From an archaeon (lineage in GTDB: Archaea; Iainarchaeota; Iainarchaeia; Iainarchaeales; 1-14-0-10-31-34), in assembly GCA_024277355.1 (NCBI GenBank), contig JAJRVL010000004.1, forward strand, positions 480,001 to 512,000: a stretch of DNA of 32,000 nt, written 5' to 3'. How positions within the stretch are numbered: position 1 is the first letter of the stretch; each line of letters begins with the position of its first letter. Positions 1 through 9,335 of this stretch are shown here, piece by piece. A program made the translations under genes and the position numbers. The notes under the pieces were generated by a model that was not told where the DNA came from, searched no databases, and worked only from the letters and a program-made list of their open reading frames with translations.

Positions 1-1
1 T

Positions 2-919
2 TTATCTGAAAACAAAACAGTTTTTCCTGAAAATTTTTCTTTAAGGTTTGTTCTGCCGAATGAATCAAAATCAATTTTAACCGTTCCTGAAACAAAAGTT
101 TTTTCTAAAACAACTGAATTTAAAGGAATAAATTCAAATGAATTTTCTTTAAGTTATTTAATTGAAAAAAAACCAGAAAAAATTGCAATAAAGAAAACTC
201 AAATTGAAATTAACGTAAAAGAAAATGGTTTTGGGTTTATTTCAGAAAAATATTTCTTTGAATTCAGGAACCAGGAAGAATCAGAGTACTTTATTGAAAA
301 AGCACAAAACAATGGTTCAAGTTTATTAAGCTGGATTGCATTTGACAACAGAATTTTCCCCCATATAAAAGAAAATGAATTTGACTTAAAAAATGCTTCA
401 GTTGAATTTGTAGAAAACGGATTAGAAAACAGTTTTTTGCAGATTATATATGAAAATGAAACACCAGTATTCATAGAAAAAAAAGAAAGACAAGGAAGAT
501 TTGTTGAATGGGAATTTAACTTAAAAAAATTAAATGAATTTACTTCATCAGGATTAATAATTTTTCCTGAAAACTTTTTCTTAGAAATAATTCTTCCATT
601 AAATGCAGAAATAAAAGAAACAGATTTAGAGGAAAGAAACGGAAAAGTTTTAATGCAAGGATATAAAAGTACAAGTAAAATAAACATTGTTTATGTAATA
701 AAAGAAAATATTGCTCCTGCATTTAATTTGTCTTTAGTTATTCAAAGAATTGTTTCAGAAAAAGAAGCAAGCCCAATTATTGCAGGAATAATACTTTTAA
801 TTTTAGTTATAGTTTATTTAAAAAAAGACAGTTTAACTGAAAAAACAGAAAACTTTATTATTAAAAATTCTTCAATTAAAAAAAGAGAACAAACAGAAGA
901 AATAGAAATAGATGAATAA
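2..919 (+). CDS. C-terminal part of a membrane-anchored (probably surface) protein, 5' truncated by the window edge
   Basis: Frame 2 is open from position 2 through the track ORF at 437..919 (…GFGFISEKYFFEFRNQEESEYFIEKAQNNGSSLLSWIAFDNRIFPHIKENEFDLKNASVEF…MQIIYENETP…). A C-terminal TM segment (PIIAGIILLILVIVYL) is followed by a charged tail. Confidence 0.75.
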   Translation, partial: LSENKTVFPENFSLRFVLPNESKSILTVPETKVFSKTTEFKGINSNEFSLSYLIEKKPEKIAIKKTQIEINVKENGFGFISEKYFFEFRNQEESEYFIEKAQNNGSSLLSWIAFDNRIFPHIKENEFDLKNASVEFVENGLENSFLQIIYENETPVFIEKKERQGRFVEWEFNLKKLNEFTSSGLIIFPENFFLEIILPLNAEIKETDLEERNGKVLMQGYKSTSKINIVYVIKENIAPAFNLSLVIQRIVSEKEASPIIAGIILLILVIVYLKKDSLTEKTENFIIKNSSIKKREQTEEIEIDE

Positions 920-974
920 AAAAAACTTTTAGAAAAAAACTTGAACAAAAAAATAGAAAAAGGAGAATAAATTT

Positions 975-1214
975 TTAGACTCCTGTTGCTAATTCGTCTC
1001 CGTCTGTTGGATCATCAACTGCTCTGCAACCAGTGTCTCCACCAAGATATTTAATTGGTGCTACGCCGTCTCCAGAACCTAACAAAACAGGTTGAGGATA
1101 CAAATTATCACCCATTCCATCTAATTCAGGAACAAAACCTGTGCTATCAATAAGAGCAGAAGCAAAACTGCTTAAAACAATTAAACAAATTCCTATTAAT
1201 AATAATTTCTTCAT
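975..1214 (-). CDS. Small secreted hypothetical protein (79 aa) with N-terminal signal peptide
   Basis: MKKLLLIGICLIVLSSFASA signal peptide. The minus strand has a GGAGG Shine-Dalgarno-like motif just upstream (ggaggcgtgaaaaATG). Confidence 0.6.
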   Translation of the reverse strand: MKKLLLIGICLIVLSSFASALIDSTGFVPELDGMGDNLYPQPVLLGSGDGVAPIKYLGGDTGCRAVDDPTDGDELATGV

Positions 1215-1279
1215 TTTTCACGCCTCCAAAATAAACTAAATCGATTATATTGTAATTATTAGGAAATAAAAAGGTTTGC

Positions 1280-2674
1280 TTAAGAAAAATAATTCTTTAA
1301 AGAAGACTGGGTTTCTTGTTTTACTTCTTCAGTTTTTTCTTCTGATTGTTTTTCTTTGGTTTTTTCAAAGAAACTTCCATTTATTCCTTCTAAAGGTTTT
1401 CTTGCTGCGCCAAAAAAATTAATTGTTTTTGCTTCATCAAAAATTACTTTAACTTTTTTTGTTTCAGGTTTAGTGTTTAATAAAAAAGCAATTTCTTTTT
1501 CAGTTAACTCAAATTTAGCTGAAAACCTTACTGCAAAATCTTTATTAGAAAAACATTGTTTAATAAAAGGCAAATCTGATGCAATAATTTCTTTTGTAGA
1601 GGAATGAATTTCATTTGACATTTTTGATGCAATAGATTTTTTTGTTTCCCTTAAAGAAGAATTTCTGTTTAACCTTGAAATAAAAACAGGGAACTGGTAC
1701 ATAATAAAATTCCTGTTAGGTTTTTCTTTTGACATGCTTACTCCAGTTGACATTAATTCAGAACTATATCTTAGAAAGCCGTAATGCTGTCTTCTTCTAA
1801 TTCTTCCATTAAATACATCTGCTTTGCTTAATTTTTCAAAAGCATTAGCTATTTCATTTATATCAGAAAATTGTCTTGGAATGTTTTCTTCAATCCATTT
1901 CATTAATAAATCTGAATCAATATCGGCAGAAAACCTTGCGTTTCTTGCTTCACTAAAAGTTTCTGCAGTAAAAATTTTTCTTAAAACCTTAAAGACATCT
2001 TCTTGTTTTTCTCGGTAACCTAAAGATTCAATATCTTTTAATGAAACTTTTTTAGTTAATGCAAGAGTATGCAAATCAATTAATGCACTTCTCATGTCTC
2101 CTGCAGAATTTTTAGCTAATAATTCAATTGCTTCTTCTTCAACTTCAATGCCTTCAGTTACACATAATTCTTTTAGTCTTTTAGACATAGATAAATAATT
2201 TATTTTTTTAAACTTCATTAAAGCACAGTTGTTTCTTATAGTCATTAATTTTTTTTCTCCGTAAACTTTGTTTGCAGTAAGAATTACAGGATTTTGAGAT
2301 TCTTTTAAAATTTTATTTATTGCTGTTCCTCCTCCCCTGTCAGCTGAACTTAAAGCATCAATTTCATCAAATAAAATTAATCTTTTTTCTCCTGTAAAAG
2401 AAGAATTCATTGCAGCAGAACCTGCAATTTTTTCTATTGAATCTTTGTTCCTGAAATCTGATGCATTTAATTCAAATACACTCCAAGAATTAATTTTTGC
2501 AAGAAGATATGCTAAAGTTGTTTTGCCTGAACCAGTTTGCCCGAAAAAAAGCAGTGGCTTTTGTATTTTACCTGAATTCCATTCTTTACTCCAGACTAAA
2601 GCTTTCTGCACTAAATCTGTGTTCCCTATAAATTCTTCAAGGTTTTTTGGATTAAATTTTTCTGTCCAGAGCAT
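1280..2674 (-). CDS. rfcL: Replication factor C large subunit (clamp loader)
   Basis: MLWTEKFNPKNLEEFIGN, Walker A FGQTGSGKTTLAY, FELNASDFRN, LILFDEIDAL. C-terminal PIP-box-like QSSLKNYF. The track start (2785) gives an implausible N-terminal extension; the ATG at 2674 is preferred. Confidence 0.9.
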   Translation of the reverse strand: MLWTEKFNPKNLEEFIGNTDLVQKALVWSKEWNSGKIQKPLLFFGQTGSGKTTLAYLLAKINSWSVFELNASDFRNKDSIEKIAGSAAMNSSFTGEKRLILFDEIDALSSADRGGGTAINKILKESQNPVILTANKVYGEKKLMTIRNNCALMKFKKINYLSMSKRLKELCVTEGIEVEEEAIELLAKNSAGDMRSALIDLHTLALTKKVSLKDIESLGYREKQEDVFKVLRKIFTAETFSEARNARFSADIDSDLLMKWIEENIPRQFSDINEIANAFEKLSKADVFNGRIRRRQHYGFLRYSSELMSTGVSMSKEKPNRNFIMYQFPVFISRLNRNSSLRETKKSIASKMSNEIHSSTKEIIASDLPFIKQCFSNKDFAVRFSAKFELTEKEIAFLLNTKPETKKVKVIFDEAKTINFFGAARKPLEGINGSFFEKTKEKQSEEKTEEVKQETQSSLKNYFS

Positions 2675-2721
2675 AATGATATAATTAAAGAAGTTAATGC
2701 ATAAAAAATCATTTGATTGAC

Positions 2722-3912
2722 ATGCAAATAGGCGTAGTAGGAAAACCAAACACTGGAAAAAGCACTTTTTTTTCTGCTGCAACATTAATTGATGTTGAAA
2801 TGCAGAATTATCCTTTTACTACAATTGAACCAAATAAAGGAATAGGTTTTGTTAGAGTTGAATGTGCAGATAAAGATTTTAATGTTCAATGCAATCCAAG
2901 ATCAGGGTATTGTATTAAAGGAACAAGATTTGTTCCAGTGGAGTTAATTGATGTTGCAGGATTAGTTCCTGGTGCAGCAGAAGGAAAAGGTTTAGGCAAT
3001 AAATTCTTAGATGACCTTAGAAAAGCAGATGTATTAATTCATGTAATTGACTTAAGTGGAAGTACAAATGAAAAAGGAGAACCTGTTCCAAAAGGGAGTT
3101 ATAATCCAATAGAAGACGTATTGTTTTTAGAAAAAGAAATTGAATTATGGTTTTTAGGAATAATTAAAAAAAACTGGAGTAAATTTGCTAAAATTCCATT
3201 AAAAGAAAAAAATAAAAAATTAGAGATAATGGCGCAGAATTTAAGCGGTATTGGAGCAAGCTTACTGCAGATTGATAAAGCAGTATCAGAATTAAATTTA
3301 TGGGAAAAAACTTTTTCTGACTGGGAAGAAAAAGACTTTGAAAATTTTGCAGAAAAAATAAGAGAAAAATCAAAACCAATAGTTATTGCAGCAAATAAAG
3401 CAGATATTGCATCAGAAGAAAACTTAAAAAAATTAAAGGAAAGGTTTCCTGAAAAAATTATTATTGCCTGTTCTGCAATAAGTGAATTAACTTTAAAGAA
3501 AGCAGCAAAAGAAAAAAGCATTGAATATATTCCTGGAGAAAAAGAATTAAAGGAATTAAAAGACTTAAATGAAAACCAAAAAAAAGGAATAGATTATATT
3601 AAACAAAATGTTTTAAATAAATTTAATTCAACTGGAATTCAGGAAATATTAGATAAAGCTGTATTTGAATTACTTGAATTTATTGCAATTTTTCCCGGAG
3701 GAACAAAAGGTTTAACTGATTCAGAAGGAAGAGTTTTGCCTGACTGCTGGTTAATGCCAAAAGACAGTACAACATTAAATTTTGCTTTTGCAATTCATTC
3801 AGATATAGGGCAAAATTTTATCATGGCAATAGATGTAAAAACAAGACAAATGGTTGGAAAAGAACACAAACTAAAAAACAGAGATGTAATAGAAATAATT
3901 TTTAATAAATAA
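2722..3912 (+). CDS. ychF: YchF/OBG-family GTP-binding protein, archaeal type
   Basis: MQIGVVGKPNTGKSTFFSAAT G1 motif, ELIDVAGLVPGAAEGKGLGNKFLDDLRKADVLIHVID, C-terminal TGS-like region ending in HKLKNRDVIEIIF. ATG at 2722 preferred to TTG at 2713. Confidence 0.93.
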   Translation: MQIGVVGKPNTGKSTFFSAATLIDVEMQNYPFTTIEPNKGIGFVRVECADKDFNVQCNPRSGYCIKGTRFVPVELIDVAGLVPGAAEGKGLGNKFLDDLRKADVLIHVIDLSGSTNEKGEPVPKGSYNPIEDVLFLEKEIELWFLGIIKKNWSKFAKIPLKEKNKKLEIMAQNLSGIGASLLQIDKAVSELNLWEKTFSDWEEKDFENFAEKIREKSKPIVIAANKADIASEENLKKLKERFPEKIIIACSAISELTLKKAAKEKSIEYIPGEKELKELKDLNENQKKGIDYIKQNVLNKFNSTGIQEILDKAVFELLEFIAIFPGGTKGLTDSEGRVLPDCWLMPKDSTTLNFAFAIHSDIGQNFIMAIDVKTRQMVGKEHKLKNRDVIEIIFNK

Positions 3913-3915
3913 TTA

Positions 3916-4281
3916 TTAAATTTTTCCTCTGAAAACTGAATCAAATTTTAAATCTAATTTCAAGCAGACTTTTTGTATATGATAGTCATCTGAAAGCAAA
4001 GGAAATTTTAATTCAAAAGCTAAAGCCAAAATAGAATAATCTGCTTCAGATAATTTATGCAGAATATTTAATTCTTTAGCAGCTTTTTTCACTAAAACAA
4101 GAGACTCTTTTTTTGGTTCAATTATTCTGATGTTATCCTGCTTTAAGCCTGATTCAATTAATTGTTTTGACCTTAAATCAATTATTTCATCAAGAATTTG
4201 ATTTGTAGTAAAATAAATATTTTCATCAAAAGAAAAATTAAAGTTGTTAAGAATTACAGCTGAATCCATTATATAATTCAT
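3916..4281 (-). CDS. NOB1-like PIN-domain protein without zinc ribbon (putative endoribonuclease)
   Basis: N-terminal NYIMDSAVIL acidic strand, ILDEIID, LSEADYSILALAFELKFPLLSDDYHIQKVCLKLDLKF, characteristic of NOB1-type PIN domains. ORF ends with no CxxC motifs. Confidence 0.7.
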   Translation of the reverse strand: MNYIMDSAVILNNFNFSFDENIYFTTNQILDEIIDLRSKQLIESGLKQDNIRIIEPKKESLVLVKKAAKELNILHKLSEADYSILALAFELKFPLLSDDYHIQKVCLKLDLKFDSVFRGKI

Positions 4282-4343
4282 AAAAGAAAAATGAAAGCAA
4301 ACAAATAAAAAGGTTATTATATAAATTTATATAATTGATTTTT

Positions 4344-6119
4344 ATGGATAAAAAACACATGCATTCTCCAAGATTAGATACAATTGCAATGGTTGAAAAT
4401 ACAATTAAAAAAAACAGGAATTTAAGCAAAACTGAATTATGGAAAAAACTTCCAAAACAAATGATGTATCAGACTTTTTCCACTGCAATAGATTATTTAA
4501 TTGAATTAAATAAAATAAAACTTAATGACAAAGGAAAAATTGAATGGATTGAACAGGAAAAAATAAGGTTAAATGAAAAACAGGAAACTGAAGAAAAAGA
4601 GTATGCTGTTGAAAATAAACAAAAAAATTCAATTGAAATTTCAGAAACTAGTTTAGATAGCGAAACAAAAAAAATTGTTTCAGAATTAAGTGAAATTGAA
4701 GGAAAAACCCTTAAAGTTTTAGCTGAAGAAAAACAAGAATTAAATGTTGAAGAATTAGCAGAAAAAGCAGGAATTGATTTGGATTCAGCAAGAAGAAGCA
4801 TCCAATGGTTAAATGAAAAAAAATTAGGCAAAGCACGAATAGAAAAATCAGTTTTTGTTTCTTTAGGAGAAGAAGGAATAAAAGTATTATCAAATGGTTT
4901 GCCTGAAAAAAATTTCTTAAAAGAAATAGGAAATACTTGGAAAAAAATAAGTGAAATTAAAAGCATTCCAAAACAGGAAATAAATATTGCTTTAGGAAAT
5001 GCAAAGAAAAAAAATTTAATTGAATTAAAAAAAGAAAAAGAATTAATGATTAAAGCAACAGAAAAAGGAAAAGAATTTATTGAAAAAAAATCAGAAGAAG
5101 AATTAATGTTAGAAAAGCTTTCAGACAAAGAATTTAACGAAAAATCATTTAATGAAAAAGAAAAACAAGTATTAAAATTTTTAGGTTTTAGGAAGAATTT
5201 TTTAAAGCATAAAGAAAAAGGAAACGAGTTTATTTTAATTACAGAAAAAGGAATTTCTGCTGTTCCGTTTCTTTCAGCAGTCAAAGAAAGAAAATATAAT
5301 TTAACTGATGCCGTAAAAGAAATTTATCCCGGAAAAAAACAGCCTTATTTTAAGTTTGTTGATGAAATAAAACAAAAACTTGTTTCATTAGGATTTAAAG
5401 AAATGAATAATCCTTTGATTGTACAGGAATTTTATAATTTTGATGTATTGTTTCAGCCTCAGAATCATTCTGCAAGAACATGGACTGACACATACAAATT
5501 AAAAAAACCTGAATTTGGAAAACTTCCTGATAAAAAAATAGTTAATGCAGTAAAATCCGCTCATGAAAACGGAGGAAAAACAAAATCTAAAGGATGGCAG
5601 TATAAATGGGAAGAAAAAATTGCTTCTCAGTTAATGCCTTCGGCTCATGGAACAGCACATTCAGCAAGACAATTAACTAAAGGCATTGAAGTTCCGGGAA
5701 AATATTTTACTATTGCAAGATGTTTTAGGCCTGATGTAGTTGATGCAACACATTTAATTGAATTTAATCAGCTTGAAGGGTTTGTTGCAGGAAAAAATTT
5801 TACTTTCAGGAAATTATTAGGATTATTAAAAGAATTTGCTGTTGAAGTTGCAGGAGCAGAAAAAGTAAAGTTTTTGCCTGATTATTATCCTTTTACTGAA
5901 CCTTCAGTTCAATTAAATGCACTTCATCCAAAATTAGGCTGGGTTGAATTTGGTGGAGCAGGGATATTCAGAAAAGAAATAACAGAAAATTTAGGAATAA
6001 AAGAAAAATGTTTAGCTTGGGGTCTTGGAATGGATAGATTAGCAATGTTTAAATTAAAATTAAATGACATAAGAGAATTATTTTCATATAATTTAAACTG
6101 GTTAAGGAAGGGAATTTAA
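4344..6119 (+). CDS. pheS: Phenylalanine-tRNA ligase alpha subunit
   Basis: Class II aaRS motifs: SAHGTAHSARQL, GKYFTIARCFRPDVVDATHLIEFNQLEGFV, LGWVEFGGAGIFRKEITENLGIKEKCLAWGLGMDRLAM. N-terminal winged-helix repeats. TATA-like ttatataaattta precedes the ATG at 4344. Confidence 0.95.
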   Translation: MDKKHMHSPRLDTIAMVENTIKKNRNLSKTELWKKLPKQMMYQTFSTAIDYLIELNKIKLNDKGKIEWIEQEKIRLNEKQETEEKEYAVENKQKNSIEISETSLDSETKKIVSELSEIEGKTLKVLAEEKQELNVEELAEKAGIDLDSARRSIQWLNEKKLGKARIEKSVFVSLGEEGIKVLSNGLPEKNFLKEIGNTWKKISEIKSIPKQEINIALGNAKKKNLIELKKEKELMIKATEKGKEFIEKKSEEELMLEKLSDKEFNEKSFNEKEKQVLKFLGFRKNFLKHKEKGNEFILITEKGISAVPFLSAVKERKYNLTDAVKEIYPGKKQPYFKFVDEIKQKLVSLGFKEMNNPLIVQEFYNFDVLFQPQNHSARTWTDTYKLKKPEFGKLPDKKIVNAVKSAHENGGKTKSKGWQYKWEEKIASQLMPSAHGTAHSARQLTKGIEVPGKYFTIARCFRPDVVDATHLIEFNQLEGFVAGKNFTFRKLLGLLKEFAVEVAGAEKVKFLPDYYPFTEPSVQLNALHPKLGWVEFGGAGIFRKEITENLGIKEKCLAWGLGMDRLAMFKLKLNDIRELFSYNLNWLRKGI

Positions 6120-7753
6120 TGCCTACAATTACTTCATCAAAAAAAGACTTGGAAAATTTAACTGGAAAAAGCTTTACTAAAGAAGAATTAGAAGATGTAC
6201 TGCTTTGTGTTAAAGGAGAATTAGATTCAATAGAAGAAGATGAATTAAAAATTGATATAAAAGAAACAAACAGACCTGATTTATGGTCAACTGAAGGAAT
6301 TGCAAGAGAAATTAAAAGTTATATTGGAAAAGAAAAAGGAATTCCAGAATACAAAGTTTTGAAAGGAAAAAGAAAAGCTTTAATTGATAAAAATCTGGAA
6401 GGAATAAGGCCTAAAGCAGCTTATGCTGAAATAAGAGACATAAAAATCACAGAAGAAATACTACTCCAGATAATTCAGTTGCAGGAAAAAATCTGCCAAG
6501 GTTACGGCAAAAAAAGAGAACAAATTGCAATAGGCGTGTTTGATTTAGATAAAGTTAAAGGAAACGTAAAGTATTTTGCTGCTGAACCTTCATTTGAATT
6601 TATTCCTTTAGGTTTTAATGAAAACATGTCTTTAAGAGAAATACTAATTAAGCATCCAAAAGGAAAAGAATACGGAAAATTAATTGAAAAAAAAGAAAAA
6701 TTTCCTTTATTGATTGATGAAAACAATAAAGTTTTGTCTCTGCCTCCAATAATTAATTCTGATGAATCAGGAAAAGTTACAACAGAAACAAAAAATTTGT
6801 TTGTCGATGTAACAGGATTTAACCAGGAAAAAATTGATTTAGCATTAAAGATTATGTGCATGGCTTTAGCAGACAGGAAAGGAAAAATTTATTCAGTTGA
6901 ATTAAATTACGGAAAGAAAAAATTTAACAGCATGCAATTCAAAAAAGAAAAAATTTCTTTTGAATTAAAAGAAGTAAATGAATTATTAGGAACAGATTTT
7001 TCAAAAAAAGAAATATTAAAGTTAATGGAAAAAAGAAGAATAAAAGGAACAATTAAAGGAAACAAATTAACTGCAGAATTCGGAGATTACAGAAAAGATA
7101 TAATTCATGCATGGGACGTAATTGAAGACATTGCAATAGCCTTTGATTTTAATAAATTTATTCCAGAAAAATTAAATGTTTTTACTTTAGGAAGCATAAA
7201 AGATGAAAGCAGAAAATTAAAGGATTTAAGAGAATTATGTGTTGGATTTGGATTACAGGAAATTGCTTCAAATCATTTAACTTCAAAAGAAGTTCAATGC
7301 ATTAAAATGAATTCAAAAAATGAATTTGTTGAAATTACTAATCCTGTTTCATCTAACTGGGAAATATTCAGAAAAAACCTGCTTTCTGAAAGCCTTGATT
7401 TTTTAAGCAAAAACAAGCATTGTTCTTTTCCTCAAAAAATATTTGAAGTAGGAAGAACAGTTGAATTAAATTCAGAAAAAGAAACCGGAATAGCAGAGAA
7501 ATGGAAGTTATGCATTTGCATCAGCCATTCAAAAACAAACTTTAATGAAATTAAATCAATTTTGGAAGCAATATCAAGAGAACTGAAATTAAATCATTCA
7601 ATAAAAGAAAAAAACCTTTCTTTTTTTGAAAACGGAAAATCTGCAGTAATTTCTTTTAAAGAAAAAAAAGGTTTTATTGGAGAAGTAAACGAAAAAACAA
7701 TGCAAAACTTTGGATTAGAAACAAAAGTTTCTGTATTAGAAATAGAAATATAA
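6119..7753 (+). CDS. pheT: Phenylalanine-tRNA ligase beta subunit
   Basis: MPTITSSKKDLENLTGKSFTKEELEDVL…DIKETNRPDLWSTEGIAREI. Overlaps pheS as TAATG. B3/B4- and B5-like regions. Confidence 0.95.
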   Translation: MPTITSSKKDLENLTGKSFTKEELEDVLLCVKGELDSIEEDELKIDIKETNRPDLWSTEGIAREIKSYIGKEKGIPEYKVLKGKRKALIDKNLEGIRPKAAYAEIRDIKITEEILLQIIQLQEKICQGYGKKREQIAIGVFDLDKVKGNVKYFAAEPSFEFIPLGFNENMSLREILIKHPKGKEYGKLIEKKEKFPLLIDENNKVLSLPPIINSDESGKVTTETKNLFVDVTGFNQEKIDLALKIMCMALADRKGKIYSVELNYGKKKFNSMQFKKEKISFELKEVNELLGTDFSKKEILKLMEKRRIKGTIKGNKLTAEFGDYRKDIIHAWDVIEDIAIAFDFNKFIPEKLNVFTLGSIKDESRKLKDLRELCVGFGLQEIASNHLTSKEVQCIKMNSKNEFVEITNPVSSNWEIFRKNLLSESLDFLSKNKHCSFPQKIFEVGRTVELNSEKETGIAEKWKLCICISHSKTNFNEIKSILEAISRELKLNHSIKEKNLSFFENGKSAVISFKEKKGFIGEVNEKTMQNFGLETKVSVLEIEI

Positions 7754-7774
7754 AAAAATGGAAAAGAAAAAAAA

Positions 7775-8077
7775 TTATTCTTTAGGGTCAGGGAATAATT
7801 CTTCTTTGGTTTCTTCAGCTAATTCTGATTCTTCTTTTAAGACTTTTTCTTTGATTAAATCCATTTCAGTGTTTTTTCTTTTCATTCTGACAAGAGAATA
7901 AAAATATGCATTAATTATTGCATCCAAATCTAAAGTTCTCTTAAACCCCATTCTTGCAACTTCTTCAAAATAAAGTTTAACCATTCTAAAAGCCATTTCT
8001 TCATCAGAAATTGAAGAATTTGATTTAATTGAAGGTTTAGCTAAAGGTTTGGTTTTGAGTAATTTCTTTTTTACCAT
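7775..8077 (-). CDS. Hypothetical protein (100 aa)
   Basis: Intact ORF between pheT and orc1/cdc6, charged and helical, no recognisable domain. Confidence 0.5.
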   Translation of the reverse strand: MVKKKLLKTKPLAKPSIKSNSSISDEEMAFRMVKLYFEEVARMGFKRTLDLDAIINAYFYSLVRMKRKNTEMDLIKEKVLKEESELAEETKEELFPDPKE

Positions 8078-8114
8078 TAATAATCCCTTAAATTAACTTT
8101 AAACAGCACAATAT

Positions 8115-9239
8115 TTAAGTCTTTTCTTTTATGAAATTTTCCAATGATTCTTTCGGCACTTTCAAAGAAATAAACTTGCTTTTTCCTTTAGGTTTTACAT
8201 TGATTAAAGGAGCAGAAATTAAATTCATTAACTCTAATTTAGAAATAACTGCACGAAACTGCCTTAATTCTAAATGATTTTGAATTTTAGAATATTTTTC
8301 AAATAATTCCCCTGAATAAACTCCGTCAAAAGAAGAAATTAATTTAATTAGATTTTTTTCCTGTTTACTTAAAAAAGGAAAAGTTTTTTTTATTACAGCT
8401 GAATCCATTAAAGAAAAAGCTTTTTTTAAATGACTTAAAGAAACTTTGTTTGTGTTTTCTTTTTCTGCAATTCTGCCTGCTTTTAACAAAGATTCAATTC
8501 CAATCCTTGCATCCCCGCCTAACTTAGCTGAATGAGCTGCAGCAACATCAATTACATTTTTATCCAAAACATTATCAAAAAAAGCAAGCTCAGTTCTTTC
8601 CCTTAAAATGTCCTTTAACTGTTTAGGCGAATATTTTTCAAAAACAATTGATTCTGCTCTTAAACTGCTTTTAATTCTTGCATCTAAGTTAGAAGTAAGC
8701 ATAAAATCATTTGAAATCAAAATTAAACCAAAATATATTTTCTCTGATTCAAGTCTAAGCAAATCATATAAAAGTTTTTCTCCGTCTTTTGCAAGCAGTT
8801 GATCTGCTTCATCTAAAATAATTACAGGAACAAAATTACAGTTCTTCATATAATCAAGCATTCTTGAATAAATTTCATCTGCAGCTAAACCTCTTCTAGG
8901 CAAAGCTGCACCGACAAAATTTGCAATCAAAAACAAAACTGAATTTCTTGAATTAAATTCAAAGCAGTTAATGTAAAGGCTTTTGGCTCTTCCTGAAAGT
9001 TCTTCTAATTGAGACAACACAAATTTAGATGAAACTGTCTTGCCTGTTCCGGGAGTTCCAACTACAACTGCATTTAAAGGTTTTTTTCCTGAAAGAAGTG
9101 GTTTAAAACAAAAAGCTAAACCATCAATTTCTTTTTCTCTGTGAGGAAGTTTTTCAGGAAGAAATTCAGAATATAAAGCTCTTTCATCCTTAAAGATTTC
9201 ATTAATTCTTGAATGTTTTGAAAAAATATTTTCAGCCAT
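8115..9239 (-). CDS. cdc6: Orc1/Cdc6 family replication initiator
   Basis: AAA+ motifs AVVVGTPGTGKTVSSKFVL and VIILDEADQLL; sensor-1-like ISND; LPHREKEIDGL near N-terminus; GGDARIGIESLLKAGRIAE; C-terminal winged helix. ATG at 9239 gives MAENIF; the track extension to 9278 is unlikely. Confidence 0.9.
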   Translation of the reverse strand: MAENIFSKHSRINEIFKDERALYSEFLPEKLPHREKEIDGLAFCFKPLLSGKKPLNAVVVGTPGTGKTVSSKFVLSQLEELSGRAKSLYINCFEFNSRNSVLFLIANFVGAALPRRGLAADEIYSRMLDYMKNCNFVPVIILDEADQLLAKDGEKLLYDLLRLESEKIYFGLILISNDFMLTSNLDARIKSSLRAESIVFEKYSPKQLKDILRERTELAFFDNVLDKNVIDVAAAHSAKLGGDARIGIESLLKAGRIAEKENTNKVSLSHLKKAFSLMDSAVIKKTFPFLSKQEKNLIKLISSFDGVYSGELFEKYSKIQNHLELRQFRAVISKLELMNLISAPLINVKPKGKSKFISLKVPKESLENFIKEKT

Positions 9240-9335
9240 AAAAACAAAATAAACACAACAAAAATTAAAAACAAACACATTGCAAAAAACACAACAAAAA
9301 AAACAGAAATATAATAAATATATAAATAATATATA

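Noticed and set aside
199-687. Antisense ORF of 162 aa opposite the first membrane-anchored protein
   Set aside because: Phe/Ser/Asn-rich low-complexity translation typical of the antisense of AT-rich coding sequence; the + strand frame is open across the region with coherent protein features.
2675-2785. N-terminal extension of RfcL and overlap with ychF on the opposite strand
   Set aside because: Canonical RfcL begins MLWTEKFNP at 2674; the extension runs into the ychF 5' region.
4493-5284. 263-aa minus-strand ORF inside pheS
   Set aside because: Entirely overlapped by well-supported pheS; the translation is Phe/Ser-rich antisense noise.
6502-6861. Minus-strand ORF inside pheT
   Set aside because: Overlaps conserved pheT codons; low-complexity antisense translation.
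9240-9278. N-terminal extension of Orc1/Cdc6 given in the ORF track (MFVFNFCCVYFVF…)
   Set aside because: Hydrophobic extension is implausible; MAENIFSKHSRI at 9239 matches typical initiator N-termini.
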